A DNA stretch of 64,000 nucleotides from Candidatus Nanohaloarchaea archaeon (GCA_013343275.1 CP046106.1:544001-608000); one strand, 5' to 3'. Counted from the stretch's first letter, positions 53,465-63,833 are shown. Numbers and translations: made by a program. The notes: a model not told the origin generated them from the sequence alone.

Positions 53465-53974
53465 ATGGAAGACGGAAAGAAAGCAAGACTGGAGGCCGCA
53501 CTGTATCTTTCAGAGGAGCCAGTAGACAGCAAAGAGATAGCAGATGTTCTCAACCTTGGAAGCATGGGATACGTAGATATGCTGATCGATGAGTTCAAGG
53601 AAGACCTCAAAGACGAGCACAGAGGATTTGAACTGATCGAGACGGACGCAGGCTACGAGCTGAAAGTCAAAAAAGACCATCTGGAACACGTATCACATCT
53701 AGCCCCGCACCAAGACCTCAACGAAGGCCAGCTCAGGACACTCTCTCTTATAGCATACAATGCACCGCTGGAACAGGCAGATCTCGTCGAAATCCGTGGA
53801 AACCGGGCCTACCAGCACGTAAAAGAACTAGTAAACCGCGGATTCATCGAGAAAGAGAAAGACGGCCGTACAGCAATACTAGACGTTACAAACTTCTTCC
53901 TGGACTACTTCGATATCGACTCAGTCGACGAGTTCAAGGAAGGCCTGGAAGAAGATATGGAGATAGAGGAGTAA
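53465..53974 (+). CDS. scpB: SMC-Scp complex subunit ScpB
   Basis: LEAALY, LRTLSLIAY-x-x-P, IRG, T-x-x-FLDYF. Confidence 0.92.
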   Translation: MEDGKKARLEAALYLSEEPVDSKEIADVLNLGSMGYVDMLIDEFKEDLKDEHRGFELIETDAGYELKVKKDHLEHVSHLAPHQDLNEGQLRTLSLIAYNAPLEQADLVEIRGNRAYQHVKELVNRGFIEKEKDGRTAILDVTNFFLDYFDIDSVDEFKEGLEEDMEIEE

Positions 53975-53980
53975 AGAGAA

Positions 53981-54322
53981 CTATTCAAGGCCTGCATGTG
54001 AGCACTCCTCGACGTACAGCTCGAAGAAATCACCTGGTTCTCTGAGATCCTCTTTCTGAAGCAAGATATCTGCCGCAACCTCTCTCATCGCAGGATCTGC
54101 ACCAATGTAGGATTTGGAAGCTTCCAGACAGGCCTCGAAGATCTCTTCCTGCGAGCTTCTGTCGTCAAGGCCTTCATTGACTTCTGTCACCAGCTTCTCC
54201 GTTTTAAGATCCGGCTGCGCGTTCTCCAGAGCCTGATCAAAAATTTCTCTAACTGTTTTGGAACCTTTTTCCTCCCGAATATCTTTCTCTTTACTCCTCT
54301 GTTCGATCATAATGTGGAACAC
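53981..54322 (-). CDS. Stand-alone ATP-cone-like domain (resembles a ribonucleotide reductase N-terminus; possibly a remnant)
   Basis: L-x-D-x-x-S-x-EEI...I-x-x-DP-x-x-x-x-VAA-x-x-LL pattern. Confidence 0.5.
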   Translation of the reverse strand: MFHIMIEQRSKEKDIREEKGSKTVREIFDQALENAQPDLKTEKLVTEVNEGLDDRSSQEEIFEACLEASKSYIGADPAMREVAADILLQKEDLREPGDFFELYVEECSHAGLE

Positions 54323-54362
54323 ACCTCTTCAGATATAGCAGCAGCTACAACAACCGCTGATT

Positions 54363-54410
54363 TACTACATGTAGTGGTTAAGAAATGCTCCCTCCCCCGA
54401 CATGTAGTGT
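54363..54410. promoter_or_regulatory. Tandem palindromic operator pair resembling NrdR boxes
   Basis: Perfect palindrome ACTACATGTAGT (54364-54375) and CCGACATGTAGTGT (54397-54410), centres 33 bp apart. Confidence 0.55.
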
Positions 54411-54525
54411 CTATCTGACTTTTTTCGATAGGTCAAATATAAACCCTGCCATGTTGAGGAAGAGCGAATAAGCTGAACATCTGAGAGTTCCTGTTATTTT
54501 AACAATTCGGAACCAAGTTCGAGTT

Positions 54526-56421
54526 ATGGAGTTAACCAGTCTAGACCTCTCAATACTGATGAAAGAGCTGAAGCAGCTGGAAAAAGGGTTTGTGCAGAAA
54601 GTATACCAGCGCGGAGAAGAACTAACGATAGAGGTTTACGTGCCAGGAGACGAGAAAAAGAGACTGGTGATCGGAACAGACAGATGCTTCATATCGAAAT
54701 ATAAGCGAGATAATCCAGAGAGACCTCCAGGTTTCTGCATGGAGCTGAGGAAACATCTGGGCCGTATCGACAGTATAGAGCAAAGCGGTTTCGATCGTAT
54801 ACTTGAGATAGATGCCGGCGACAAGAAGTTTATCGCAGAGATGTTCGGAAAAGGGAACTTCATACTTCTAGACGAGGGAAAAATAATTGGAGCTCTACGA
54901 GAACAGGAATGGGCCGATAGATCTATCAGAGTCGGAGAAGAATACGAATATCCCGAACCGACAGAGGATCCACGAGAGGTTGACGACTACTTCTCATTGA
55001 TGGACGAAGAAAGCGAAATAGTAAGAGATATAGCCTCCAAGCTAAGTTTCGGGGGAACATACGCAGAAGAACTGTGCCACAGAGCAGAAATAGAGAAAGA
55101 CACTGTAATAGAGGAACTCAGCGAGGATGAAAGAGACAGAGTCAGAGAGGAGATCGATAAAATACTGGAACAGGAAGACGAGATAAGGCCTGTACTGTAC
55201 ATCGATGAGCTCCCTGAGAGAGCTGCACCTTTCCCTCTGGAAAAATACGAGGACCTGGAAAGAGAGGAAATGGAGACCTTTTCCGAAGCTCTAGATGAGT
55301 ACTACTACCGCAGAACACGGCAGAAGAAAGAAAAAGAGAAGAAGGAGGCCTTCCAGGAGAAGCTCCAGGGACTGGAGGCTCAGAAAGAACAGCAGGAGCG
55401 CAAGCTGCAGGGCCTCCAGAAGTCGTCGGAGCAGAACCGGGAGAAGGCCGAGATAATTTATGAGAACTATCAGCTGCTTCAGAAGATCAAGGACAGCCTG
55501 GAAGAATCCATCGAAGAACACGGCTGGAAGGAAACCCAGGAGAAACTGAAAGAGGCCGAGACAGAGCTTTCTGAACACGTCAACTCGCTGAACGAAAGAG
55601 AAGAGTTTTTCTCAGTCAGCGTCGACGGTTACAGCATCAAACTAGAACCCGATGAGAGCCTTGAGGCAATTGCATCTTCCTACTACGACAAGGCCAAAGA
55701 TTCGGAGTCAAAGATGGAGAGCGTGGAGAAGGCCCTGGAGAAGACTCAGGAGAAGATAGATGAACTCAGCGAGGAAGAGTTCGACTACGAGGAGGAACTC
55801 GAGGACAAGTCACAGAAGCGGTCGAAAAAGTGGTTCGAGAAGTACCGCTGGTTCTACTCCTCAGAAGATTATCTGGTGATCGCAGGTAGAGACGCTCAGA
55901 CCAATGAAATGCTGGTAAACAAGCACATGGAAAACGATGATCTCTACTTCCACGCCGACTTTGACGGCGCACCCAGTGTCGTAGTCAAGGAAGGTCAGGA
56001 CTGCGGAGAGGCCACTCGTGAAGAGGCTGCGAAAGCTGCTGTCACGTTTTCAAAGACATGGAAAGCTGGCATAGGTGCAGACGATGTATACTACGTCGAT
56101 CCCGAACAAGTCACAGAAAACCCTGAATCCGGAGAGTACCTGCAGAAAGGTGCATTTGTCATTCGCGGCGAAAGAGAATACATGAGAAACATCTCAGTAG
56201 AGGCCTCAGTAGGAGCATACCAGATAGAAGACTCTCGGGTGCCGATGTGCGGCCCGGAATCAGCAATCTCCGAACACTGCGACGAATATATAACCCTACA
56301 ACCAGGCCACACCAAGAAATCAGAGATCGCCAAAAAGATACAGTCAGGCCTCAACAAAGATCTGGATCTCGACTACATAATCCGCTCACTACCGCCCGGA
56401 AAATCAGAAATCAAAAACTAA
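54526..56421 (+). CDS. rqcH: Ribosome quality-control protein Rqc2/RqcH (NFACT/NEMF family)
   Basis: F-x-M-x-LRKHL, Q-x-x-FDRI, E-x-FGKGN, WFEKYRWF, GRDA-x-x-NE, HAD-x-x-GAP, GEYL-x-KGAFVIRG. Confidence 0.92.
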   Translation: MELTSLDLSILMKELKQLEKGFVQKVYQRGEELTIEVYVPGDEKKRLVIGTDRCFISKYKRDNPERPPGFCMELRKHLGRIDSIEQSGFDRILEIDAGDKKFIAEMFGKGNFILLDEGKIIGALREQEWADRSIRVGEEYEYPEPTEDPREVDDYFSLMDEESEIVRDIASKLSFGGTYAEELCHRAEIEKDTVIEELSEDERDRVREEIDKILEQEDEIRPVLYIDELPERAAPFPLEKYEDLEREEMETFSEALDEYYYRRTRQKKEKEKKEAFQEKLQGLEAQKEQQERKLQGLQKSSEQNREKAEIIYENYQLLQKIKDSLEESIEEHGWKETQEKLKEAETELSEHVNSLNEREEFFSVSVDGYSIKLEPDESLEAIASSYYDKAKDSESKMESVEKALEKTQEKIDELSEEEFDYEEELEDKSQKRSKKWFEKYRWFYSSEDYLVIAGRDAQTNEMLVNKHMENDDLYFHADFDGAPSVVVKEGQDCGEATREEAAKAAVTFSKTWKAGIGADDVYYVDPEQVTENPESGEYLQKGAFVIRGEREYMRNISVEASVGAYQIEDSRVPMCGPESAISEHCDEYITLQPGHTKKSEIAKKIQSGLNKDLDLDYIIRSLPPGKSEIKN

Positions 56422-56466
56422 AAAATTCTCCAGAGAGTTACCTCTTACCAGAAGCCACCCTGTGTG

Positions 56467-56497
56467 GCTTGTGATGATCGAACTTTCAGAAGTTCGG
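56467..56497. repeat. Copy 2 of the 31-nt dispersed intergenic repeat
   Basis: Matches 30182-30212 at 29/31; contains TGATGA and the hairpin CGAACTT-TCAG-AAGTTCG. Confidence 0.8.
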
Positions 56498-56553
56498 CGG
56501 GGTGCGAAACTCCTCTCGGAGTTTCTGTGCCCACAGAAAAGTTTGAATTTTTC

Positions 56554-56626
56554 GGCGGGGTAGTGTAGTGGACTATCATCGTACCCCGGGGCGGTACGGA
56601 CCCGCGTTCAAATCGCGGCCCTGCCA
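56554..56626 (+). tRNA. tRNA-Pro(GGG) with atypical C33
   Basis: GGCGGGG/CCCTGCC acceptor, GTACC-CCGGGGC-GGTAC anticodon arm, CCGCG-TTCAAAT-CGCGG T arm. Confidence 0.85.
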
Positions 56627-57430
56627 TCAAATGATTTTTCTTTTCAAAACCCAGAGATGCTGTAGCGGGATATTCGCGAGAGCGTTCAGAGTGAACAGGT
56701 AAGGTCTGTGCAACCTGTCTTCTCGAGCTTTGAAGAAAAGTTTCTTCTGTCCAGAGAAGCTTGGAACGATCTCTGTGGCCTCCTCCAATTCGGGCGCATT
56801 TCCAGTAGTGAGAGCATAGCAGTTGTAGTACGACATTTTCTGCGCCTCCATCGCGTAGTCAACTGCCCTCTGTGAGAATATTCTGTAAACCGGCTGAGGT
56901 ACTGCGAGAAGCATGGAGTTAAACATGCTTCCGAAAAGCTGTGAAGGCCAGTGCCTTTCAGGTTCAAGTTTGCCCAGCCATTCTATATCAAGTTCAGAAC
57001 CATATATCGATTTCATCTGACCAAATATACCTTTAAGCAGCACTTCGTCTGCGATAAAGTAGTCGACAAAAAACGGTAAACCAAAAATTCTGTGGTGGAC
57101 AGGTTTCTTGAGCCTTTCCTGTGAAGTTACCTGCGTCCAGACAAATATGCCTGCTGCTCTCTCAAACCAGTACTGCCGGGAGGATACATCGAAAAACTGT
57201 CTCTCAAAATCAGCTATTTCTTTCTCAACCTGCTGAATAACCTCTTTATCTGGGTTTCCTTCCAGCACCAGCAGGAGATCCAGATCGCTTGATTCAGATA
57301 CTTCTCCACGCACGCCACTACCATATGCCTGAACAGAAGACACCTCATACCTTTCAACCACTTCAGACAGCTCTTCCAGATATTCTCGAGTTCGTTCAGG
57401 CAGCTGCAAATCAGATAAATCGAACTCCAT
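56627..57430 (-). CDS. Pol-beta-type nucleotidyltransferase domain protein
   Basis: YGS-x-x-RG-x-x-x-x-x-SDLDLL motif plus a helical C-terminal region. Confidence 0.7.
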   Translation of the reverse strand: MEFDLSDLQLPERTREYLEELSEVVERYEVSSVQAYGSGVRGEVSESSDLDLLLVLEGNPDKEVIQQVEKEIADFERQFFDVSSRQYWFERAAGIFVWTQVTSQERLKKPVHHRIFGLPFFVDYFIADEVLLKGIFGQMKSIYGSELDIEWLGKLEPERHWPSQLFGSMFNSMLLAVPQPVYRIFSQRAVDYAMEAQKMSYYNCYALTTGNAPELEEATEIVPSFSGQKKLFFKAREDRLHRPYLFTLNALANIPLQHLWVLKRKII

Positions 57431-57444
57431 AAGAAATCAACCTC

Positions 57445-58380
57445 CTAGACAACCATCATACCTATACCGGCAGTCAAGGCCATTGAAAGAAGGAATGCTC
57501 CTATCCATGCGGCTGCCGTCCTGCCGATCTTCTTCGGATCTGTGTTGGATTTTCCTTCTACAAGGCCTGATCCTATAACAGATGCTATGACTGCTTCGTT
57601 GAAGGAGATCGGTATTCCGTAGAATATTCCTATCTGGGCAAGTATAGCTGCTGTTCCAAGGGCTGCAACACTTCTTCGAGGCCCGATATTGGAGTAGTCG
57701 AATGATATAGCTCTGATTATCCGTGGACTGTACAGCCAGGCACCCATCAGGATTGAGAGGCCGCCCATCAGCAGCAGGGCGCTGGTTGAAGATATCAGTC
57801 CTGTCAAGGGGCCTACTGCAAGGCCGACTGCTGATGCTCCTGCGGAGTAGGCTACGTAGCTCCCTGTGAGAAGTAGCAGTAGTCGGATCTCTCTTTCCGA
57901 GTCTTCCTTCGAGACATATTTCCTGAGGAGTTTGGCGATAGTGTAGCTGAGGCCTACCGAGAGGAAAGGTATTGCTATCCAGTACGCAAAGATCTTGCTT
58001 ATCCCGGAAAGCAGTATCGGGTTGCCGAACGCCAGGCCGCTCCCTATAACCGCTCCTATAACTGTAAAGGCTGTAGGCATAGGGTAGTCTCCCATAACCG
58101 ATATTATAACCAGGCCGGCAGCTACGAAAAGTATCAGTGCGGCCTGAGCTGTCTGAATCTGACCTCCTATTATTCCGGAGCCGACAGTTGATGTAACGTT
58201 CTGACCCTGAGTTAAAGCCCCGAGAAAAGCGAAGAAGCCGGCGAAAAGTGCGGAGCGCAGAACGTTAGCTGATCGAGCGCTGTTAACCGGGCCGAAAGCC
58301 GATGCTACTGTAGAGGCGCCGATAGATATCCCCATAAAGATTGAGGCCGCGAGCGCTGATACGTAGAGGAGTTCCTGCAT
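57445..58380 (-). CDS. Inorganic phosphate transporter (PiT/PHO4 family)
   Basis: Duplicated GA-x-x-x-A/G signature, P-x-S/P motifs, about 10 TMs. Confidence 0.8.
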   Translation of the reverse strand: MQELLYVSALAASIFMGISIGASTVASAFGPVNSARSANVLRSALFAGFFAFLGALTQGQNVTSTVGSGIIGGQIQTAQAALILFVAAGLVIISVMGDYPMPTAFTVIGAVIGSGLAFGNPILLSGISKIFAYWIAIPFLSVGLSYTIAKLLRKYVSKEDSEREIRLLLLLTGSYVAYSAGASAVGLAVGPLTGLISSTSALLLMGGLSILMGAWLYSPRIIRAISFDYSNIGPRRSVAALGTAAILAQIGIFYGIPISFNEAVIASVIGSGLVEGKSNTDPKKIGRTAAAWIGAFLLSMALTAGIGMMVV

Positions 58381-58955
58381 TATTCTTCCTCTCTAAAGTT
58401 TTCTTTCAGGCCTTCTCTTTTCTCTTCTTCTGGCACTGCTACATCCATCTCGAACTTGCCGTTCTTCTTGTCCTTTATATCGACTGAGAAGTCCTCTGTA
58501 TCCAGATAGTAAGGGTTAAATCTCAGAGTTATCCATGAGTAGATCGCAGACTCTATCTTCCTGAGCAGGCCTGCAATGCGAGAGTAAAAGGGTTTGGCAG
58601 CTTCTTCAGATGCTTCAATTATTTCCTTGTCCGGAACCTGTTTCTTCGCAGCCTTCTGACCTGCCTCTGCCATTTTACCGGAGGCCTCTTTCAGGTCGTT
58701 CCTAACTCCGTCGCTTTCCTTCTCCAGCTTCTTCTCCTTCATAACTGCTTCGTCAACAGTTTTCCGCTTGACATCGCTCTCAGATTCCTCTACCTTCGGC
58801 CTCCATTCTCCGAACTTCTCCAGAGACTCGGCCTCCGAGCCGGATTTCTCCATTATATCTTCTACTTCTTCCCCGAACTCGGCTATCTCCTTCCAGTTTC
58901 CGTTTTTCTTAACGCCAGAGTTAGTCTCATTCACAGAGTCCTCATCTTCCGCCAT
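58380..58955 (-). CDS. Conserved haloarchaeal-type protein (DUF5828-like)
   Basis: G-x-W-x-EI-x-E-x-GE, EWRPK, K-x-KT, PYY-x-D. Confidence 0.55.
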   Translation of the reverse strand: MAEDEDSVNETNSGVKKNGNWKEIAEFGEEVEDIMEKSGSEAESLEKFGEWRPKVEESESDVKRKTVDEAVMKEKKLEKESDGVRNDLKEASGKMAEAGQKAAKKQVPDKEIIEASEEAAKPFYSRIAGLLRKIESAIYSWITLRFNPYYLDTEDFSVDIKDKKNGKFEMDVAVPEEEKREGLKENFREEE

Positions 58956-58991
58956 CTATACCATGTAGAAGATGCAGGCGTCTATTAACCT

Positions 58992-59582
58992 TTACGGTTC
59001 AGAGACCTTATCCATCAGATCGGAGAAAACAGTTTCTTTAGACTGCGACGCATCCACAAGAAAAATACTTTCATCCAGTTCATCAACCAGCTCTCTGTAT
59101 CTGACAACCACTTTCTCCTGGAAATCCAGCTCCTCAAATATATTGCCGTCACGGCCTCTATCATCAACCCGTTCCATACCTATCTCAGCAGAAACATCCA
59201 GTACAACAGTTAAGTCGGGTCTCAAGGCCTCACTGTTCAATTCCTTCACCCAGCCGAACTCTGCTCCGAGAACAGGCTGGTAAACCAGAGAAGAGTGATA
59301 GTACCGATCACATACAACAGTCTGGCCTTCCATCAGCCTCGGGATTACTTCCTCCTCCAGATGCACCATTCTATCTGCCGCAAAACCTAATGCAATGGCC
59401 TCCGGAGAGTACTCATCTGAGGAAATCATTTCGTCAACTTTCTCACCTACAGAGTTAGCTGCAGGTTCATGCGTCCAGAAAGCGTCAAGCTCTTCAGCCA
59501 GTTTCTTCGACTGCGTCGTGGTACCAGCGCCGTCAGCACCTTCAACCACGATAAAAGTTCCAGGAAAGTCCTCTGATCTCAC
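58992..59582 (-). CDS. tmk: Thymidylate kinase
   Basis: FIVVEGADGAGTTTQ, EP, FAADR, DRYYHSSLVYQ, PDL. Confidence 0.93.
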   Translation of the reverse strand: MRSEDFPGTFIVVEGADGAGTTTQSKKLAEELDAFWTHEPAANSVGEKVDEMISSDEYSPEAIALGFAADRMVHLEEEVIPRLMEGQTVVCDRYYHSSLVYQPVLGAEFGWVKELNSEALRPDLTVVLDVSAEIGMERVDDRGRDGNIFEELDFQEKVVVRYRELVDELDESIFLVDASQSKETVFSDLMDKVSEP

Positions 59583-59660
59583 ACCGAGAAATTACTTCTG
59601 AGAGCTTTTTGTACCTATCCATCCGCCAGGTTTAAACAGTTACGACCTGAAGTCCTGAAT

Positions 59661-60305
59661 ATGAAAACAGATGAGCTCAAGAGCATAGGCCTCAGCGCAG
59701 CACTCATACTGGCAAATATCGCAGTAATGTGGGTCTTCGCGTTCACACCGCTCTCACAAATCTCTGAAATAGTATTCACACACCTTATCCTCGGAGTAAT
59801 ATTCTACGGAATACTTCTGACAGCAGGAGTACACCTCGCAAAGAGCGGGATAAGAAACAGCGACAGCAAAAAGGCCTGGACAGGCACAGGAGTACTGCAG
59901 TTCGCCTACGGCATATTCGGAGCCGGAGTACTCAGCATGGTAGGCCCGAAAACACAGGCCCTCGCACTTGGAGCCACAGCAGTAATAACAACAGGAATAA
60001 CAGTTATCAGCGGCCTGGCAGTCTACCTGACAGACCACAACTTCTCCTCATGGCAGCGATACTCAAACTACCTTTTCATGGGAGTATTCCTCATGGCCCT
60101 CATAGGAACATTCACCGCACCACTGGCAATCCTGGCCTTCATCCTTGCACTGCTCGGATTCATAACCTACCTGGTCTACGAAATCTGGGATATGAAACAG
60201 AGGCCCTCCAGCATCTACCTCAACGGCATCGGTATCTACGTGGCCTTCATGGGAGTCTTCGTCCAGATCCTCCAGCTAGTTATCGAGATGATGGCCGACA
60301 GATAA
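59661..60305 (+). CDS. Seven-TM membrane protein (Bax inhibitor-1/YccA-like)
   Basis: About 7 TMs, C-terminal IYVAF-x-x-x-F-x-x-IL-x-L. Confidence 0.55.
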   Translation: MKTDELKSIGLSAALILANIAVMWVFAFTPLSQISEIVFTHLILGVIFYGILLTAGVHLAKSGIRNSDSKKAWTGTGVLQFAYGIFGAGVLSMVGPKTQALALGATAVITTGITVISGLAVYLTDHNFSSWQRYSNYLFMGVFLMALIGTFTAPLAILAFILALLGFITYLVYEIWDMKQRPSSIYLNGIGIYVAFMGVFVQILQLVIEMMADR

Positions 60306-60373
60306 CATCTTCCCCCTATTCCTTTTTTCTATAACCTGAAAGCTTAAACAGGAGGAAAAACCATCTGTGTTAC

Positions 60374-62506
60374 ATGAAGCATAAAGCTCTAGCCGCAGCA
60401 CTAATCGTACTTCTAACCCTCCCAGCAGCATCAGCACAGATCAGCGACAGCCTGCAGGAAAAACTCTCTCAAACACCCGGCACCGAAAGAGTCGATGTCA
60501 TAATTTTAACAGCCAGGAACGCCAGCGATCAGGCGAAGAAAGCAGTTAGGCAGGCCGGAGGAAACGTTAAACATGAATTCAACTTGATAAACGGAGTGGC
60601 AGTTAGTATACCAGAGGTAGCAGCGGAAAACCTGGCCAGCAAAGATTTTGTCCGGGAGATACAGCCTGACTTCAAGGTAGAGACAGTTCTAAGCGAAAGC
60701 ACACAGACAGTAAACGCAGAGAAAGTCTGGAACAAAAACGCGACAGGAGAGAACATCGATGTGGCCGTACTGGATACCGGAATCGAAGATAACACCATAC
60801 TTGATGTGGAAAAGCAGGTTTACTACGCCGGAAGCGATACTGACGACCTGAACGGTCACGGAACACACGTCGCAGGGATAGTAGCCTCACCAAACGAAAG
60901 ATACACAGGCGTAGCCCCCGGAGCAGATCTGTTCGACGTTAAAGTACTTGAAAGCGAAGGAACTGGATCCGCATCAGACGTGATCGAAGGCCTGGAGTAC
61001 GCAGTCAACAACGGCGCTGAAATCGCTACATTAAGCCTTGGCGCACAAGTAGAGACATGTGACGGTTCAAGCGCACTCTCAGAAGCAGTAAACAACGCCG
61101 TCGAGAAAGGTCTTGTCGTAACTGTCGCCGCAGGGAACGCAGGGCCGGAAGATCAGACGATTACAGCTCCAGGATGTGCGGAACGGGCGCTTACCGTAGG
61201 CTCCAGTAGCAACGGCGAAGTCTCCGAGTTCTCCAGCAGAGGCCCTACAGCTGACGGCCGTACAAAACCAGATCTAGTTGCCCCAGGAGAACGTATTACC
61301 TCACTCTGGAAGAACTCCGGGAACAGCCCGCAGTTCAACACTCTTTCAGGTACTTCAATGGCCACACCTCACGTGGCAGGTGCAGCAGCGATCCTGCTGG
61401 CGGAGAAGTCAGGCCTGACACCAAGAGAAGTTAAGAACATAACCACCTACACAGCCACGGATCTGGAGTATCCTGATGATGCGCAGGGTAGCGGCCGACT
61501 GAACGTGTACGCAGCATATCAGGCCGTCACTGAACCAAATCAGACTGGAAGCTCGGAAAACAACGCCCCTTCAATCAGCGTAGTAGGTTCAACCGTAAAC
61601 ACAACAGGAGAAATAACAGCTGAACTCAAAGTTAACGTCTCAGACCCAGACAACAGCTCTCTAAACACATCTTTCTACATTGACGGAGAGCTCAGATCCA
61701 AGGTCGAAGGCTACGGAGTTACGACCTACACAGCCACGAATCTCAGCGCCAACACCACATACAACTGGAGTGCTGGGACAACAGACGGCATTAACACAAG
61801 CCGAACAGCTGTAAAGACCTTCAGCACAGAAATTAGGGAAGAAAGCAACCGGACTGAAAATGTGACCGGGCCTCTCCCTCCAGGAATCAGAAAGAAGGAA
61901 GAAAAGCCTCCAGCATTCCAGTGGGGCTTACCAGCATTCCTGAGACCTGATTTCTCATTCCCTGGCAACTTCTTCCAGGGGATCAGCCAGAGTATAGGTC
62001 TGGGCCAGCAGAAACAGCAGCCGGAAAAGAAAAGAAGTCCAAAAACAGAGAACCCAGAACAGGCCCAGAAAGCCACAGAAAGCAGATCAGGAAAACCCGT
62101 CGGACAGAAAGACCAGAAACCAGGAAAGAAAGCGCAGAAAACGGAAGAAAAAGGCAGTAATCTCGAACAGGCTAACAGCAAATCTCCTAACCTTGAGAAA
62201 AAACCCGGAAAGGCCAAAAACAGCTCGGAAACTTCAGATAAGGATCGAGGATCTTCAAAAGCCAGAAACGCTACAGAAGCAAGGAGTCCGGAAGCAGGAA
62301 AGAAGAACCAGTCCAGAGAAAAACAAGGCAAGAAGAGAGGTAGTGACGCAGAGGCGAAAGCAGGTGCCAACGCATCTATTGAGACAGGGAACGGAAAAGC
62401 ATCAGCAAAAGCCGAAGGAAAGGCCTCAGCAGAGAAGAAATCAGGAGAGGAGAAAGAACCGGGAAAAGGGCCTCTGAACAGGGCCGCGGGTTTTTCTGAC
62501 CGGTAG
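60374..62506 (+). CDS. Secreted subtilisin-like serine protease (S8) with I9 propeptide and long low-complexity Lys-rich tail
   Basis: Signal peptide, [30 protein letters not shown]. Confidence 0.92.
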   Translation: MKHKALAAALIVLLTLPAASAQISDSLQEKLSQTPGTERVDVIILTARNASDQAKKAVRQAGGNVKHEFNLINGVAVSIPEVAAENLASKDFVREIQPDFKVETVLSESTQTVNAEKVWNKNATGENIDVAVLDTGIEDNTILDVEKQVYYAGSDTDDLNGHGTHVAGIVASPNERYTGVAPGADLFDVKVLESEGTGSASDVIEGLEYAVNNGAEIATLSLGAQVETCDGSSALSEAVNNAVEKGLVVTVAAGNAGPEDQTITAPGCAERALTVGSSSNGEVSEFSSRGPTADGRTKPDLVAPGERITSLWKNSGNSPQFNTLSGTSMATPHVAGAAAILLAEKSGLTPREVKNITTYTATDLEYPDDAQGSGRLNVYAAYQAVTEPNQTGSSENNAPSISVVGSTVNTTGEITAELKVNVSDPDNSSLNTSFYIDGELRSKVEGYGVTTYTATNLSANTTYNWSAGTTDGINTSRTAVKTFSTEIREESNRTENVTGPLPPGIRKKEEKPPAFQWGLPAFLRPDFSFPGNFFQGISQSIGLGQQKQQPEKKRSPKTENPEQAQKATESRSGKPVGQKDQKPGKKAQKTEEKGSNLEQANSKSPNLEKKPGKAKNSSETSDKDRGSSKARNATEARSPEAGKKNQSREKQGKKRGSDAEAKAGANASIETGNGKASAKAEGKASAEKKSGEEKEPGKGPLNRAAGFSDR

Positions 62507-62570
62507 ATGGTTCATGGGCTTCCTCGGCTGAATCGAAAGACAGTTATGACTTAAAGCAGAATACTGTAAC

Positions 62571-63833
62571 ATGAAGCACCGAGATCTCTCCGAGGCCGAT
62601 CCCGAAGTCCACAAAGCACTGAAGAACGAGATTGAGAGGCAGGAAAGCGAGTCCCTTGAGATGATCGCGTCCGAAAACTTTGTGCCGAAACAGGTGCTCC
62701 AGGCCCAGGGATCAGTACTGACGAACAAGTACGCAGAAGGTTATCCCGGAAACAGATACTACGCCGGATGCGAGCACCACGACCGTGTTGAAAACTTAGC
62801 GCGGGAACGGGCCTGCGAAATATTCGATGCAGATCACGCGAATGTTCAGCCGCATTCAGGTTCTCAGGCCAACTTTGCAGCATATTTCTCACAGCTCGAG
62901 GCCGGCGACAAAATACTGGGGCCAGTACTATCCCACGGGGGACATTTAACGCACGGACACGGCGTAAACTTCTCAGGCGACCTGTTCAACTTCGAGACCT
63001 ACGGAATCAACGATGAAACGGAGAGATTTGAGAAAGAAGACGTAATGGAGGCCGCAAAGGAACACAATCCGGATCTAATCGTCTGTGGATACTCTGCCTA
63101 CCCACGCGAGATAGATTTCGAGATGTTCAGAGATGTCGCTGACGAAGTCGGATCATTACTCATGTGTGATATCGCTCATATCTCAGGCCTTGTAGCTGCT
63201 GGAGAGCACCCAAATCCATTCCCACAGTGCGACATAGTCACAACTACCACTCACAAGTCTATTAGAGGCGCCCGCGGAGGAATGATCCTGTGCAAGGAGG
63301 AATTCGCTGATGATGTAGATTCAGCAGTATTTCCGTACAGCCAGGGAGGGCCTCTGATGCATCAGATCGCAGGAAAAGCTGTATGCCTGAAAGAAGCTCA
63401 GAAATCAGAGTTCAAGGATTACGCAGAGCAAATCAAGAAGAACACGAAGGCGCTGGCGGAAGGCCTTCGTGAAGAAGGTCTGAAAATGGTTTCAGGCGGT
63501 ACGGATAATCACCTGGTGCTTGTCGACCTGAGAGACGAAGAGGTAAGCGGAAAGGAAGCTGAAGAGGCCCTGGAGGAGGCAGATATAGTTGTTAACAAGA
63601 ACGCTGTGCCTTACGATCCCAAACCCCCTATGGTTACCTCCGGTATCAGGATCGGAGCCCCTGCACTGACAACCCGGGGAATGGAGGAAGAAGAGCTAAG
63701 TGAGATCGGAGAGATGATCGGAAAAATAGTGAAGAACCCTGAAGATGAAGGCCTGAAGTCGGAGATACAGGAGAGAGTTTCAGAGTTGCTTGACGATTTT
63801 CCTCTGTACGAGGATTCAGATGTCGAGATCTAG
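62571..63833 (+). CDS. glyA: Serine hydroxymethyltransferase (bacterial-type)
   Basis: [15 protein letters not shown]-x-RYY-x-GCE, [17 protein letters not shown]-x-RG-x-RGG, GGTDNH. Confidence 0.97.
   Translation: MKHRDLSEADPEVHKALKNEIERQESESLEMIASENFVPKQVLQAQGSVLTNKYAEGYPGNRYYAGCEHHDRVENLARERACEIFDADHANVQPHSGSQANFAAYFSQLEAGDKILGPVLSHGGHLTHGHGVNFSGDLFNFETYGINDETERFEKEDVMEAAKEHNPDLIVCGYSAYPREIDFEMFRDVADEVGSLLMCDIAHISGLVAAGEHPNPFPQCDIVTTTTHKSIRGARGGMILCKEEFADDVDSAVFPYSQGGPLMHQIAGKAVCLKEAQKSEFKDYAEQIKKNTKALAEGLREEGLKMVSGGTDNHLVLVDLRDEEVSGKEAEEALEEADIVVNKNAVPYDPKPPMVTSGIRIGAPALTTRGMEEEELSEIGEMIGKIVKNPEDEGLKSEIQERVSELLDDFPLYEDSDVEI

Noticed and set aside
56554-57430. Possible integrated element at the tRNA-Pro 3' end (also checked next to tRNA-Val, -Met, -Leu)
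   Set aside because: No integrase or transposase and no duplicated tRNA 3' end seen in the window
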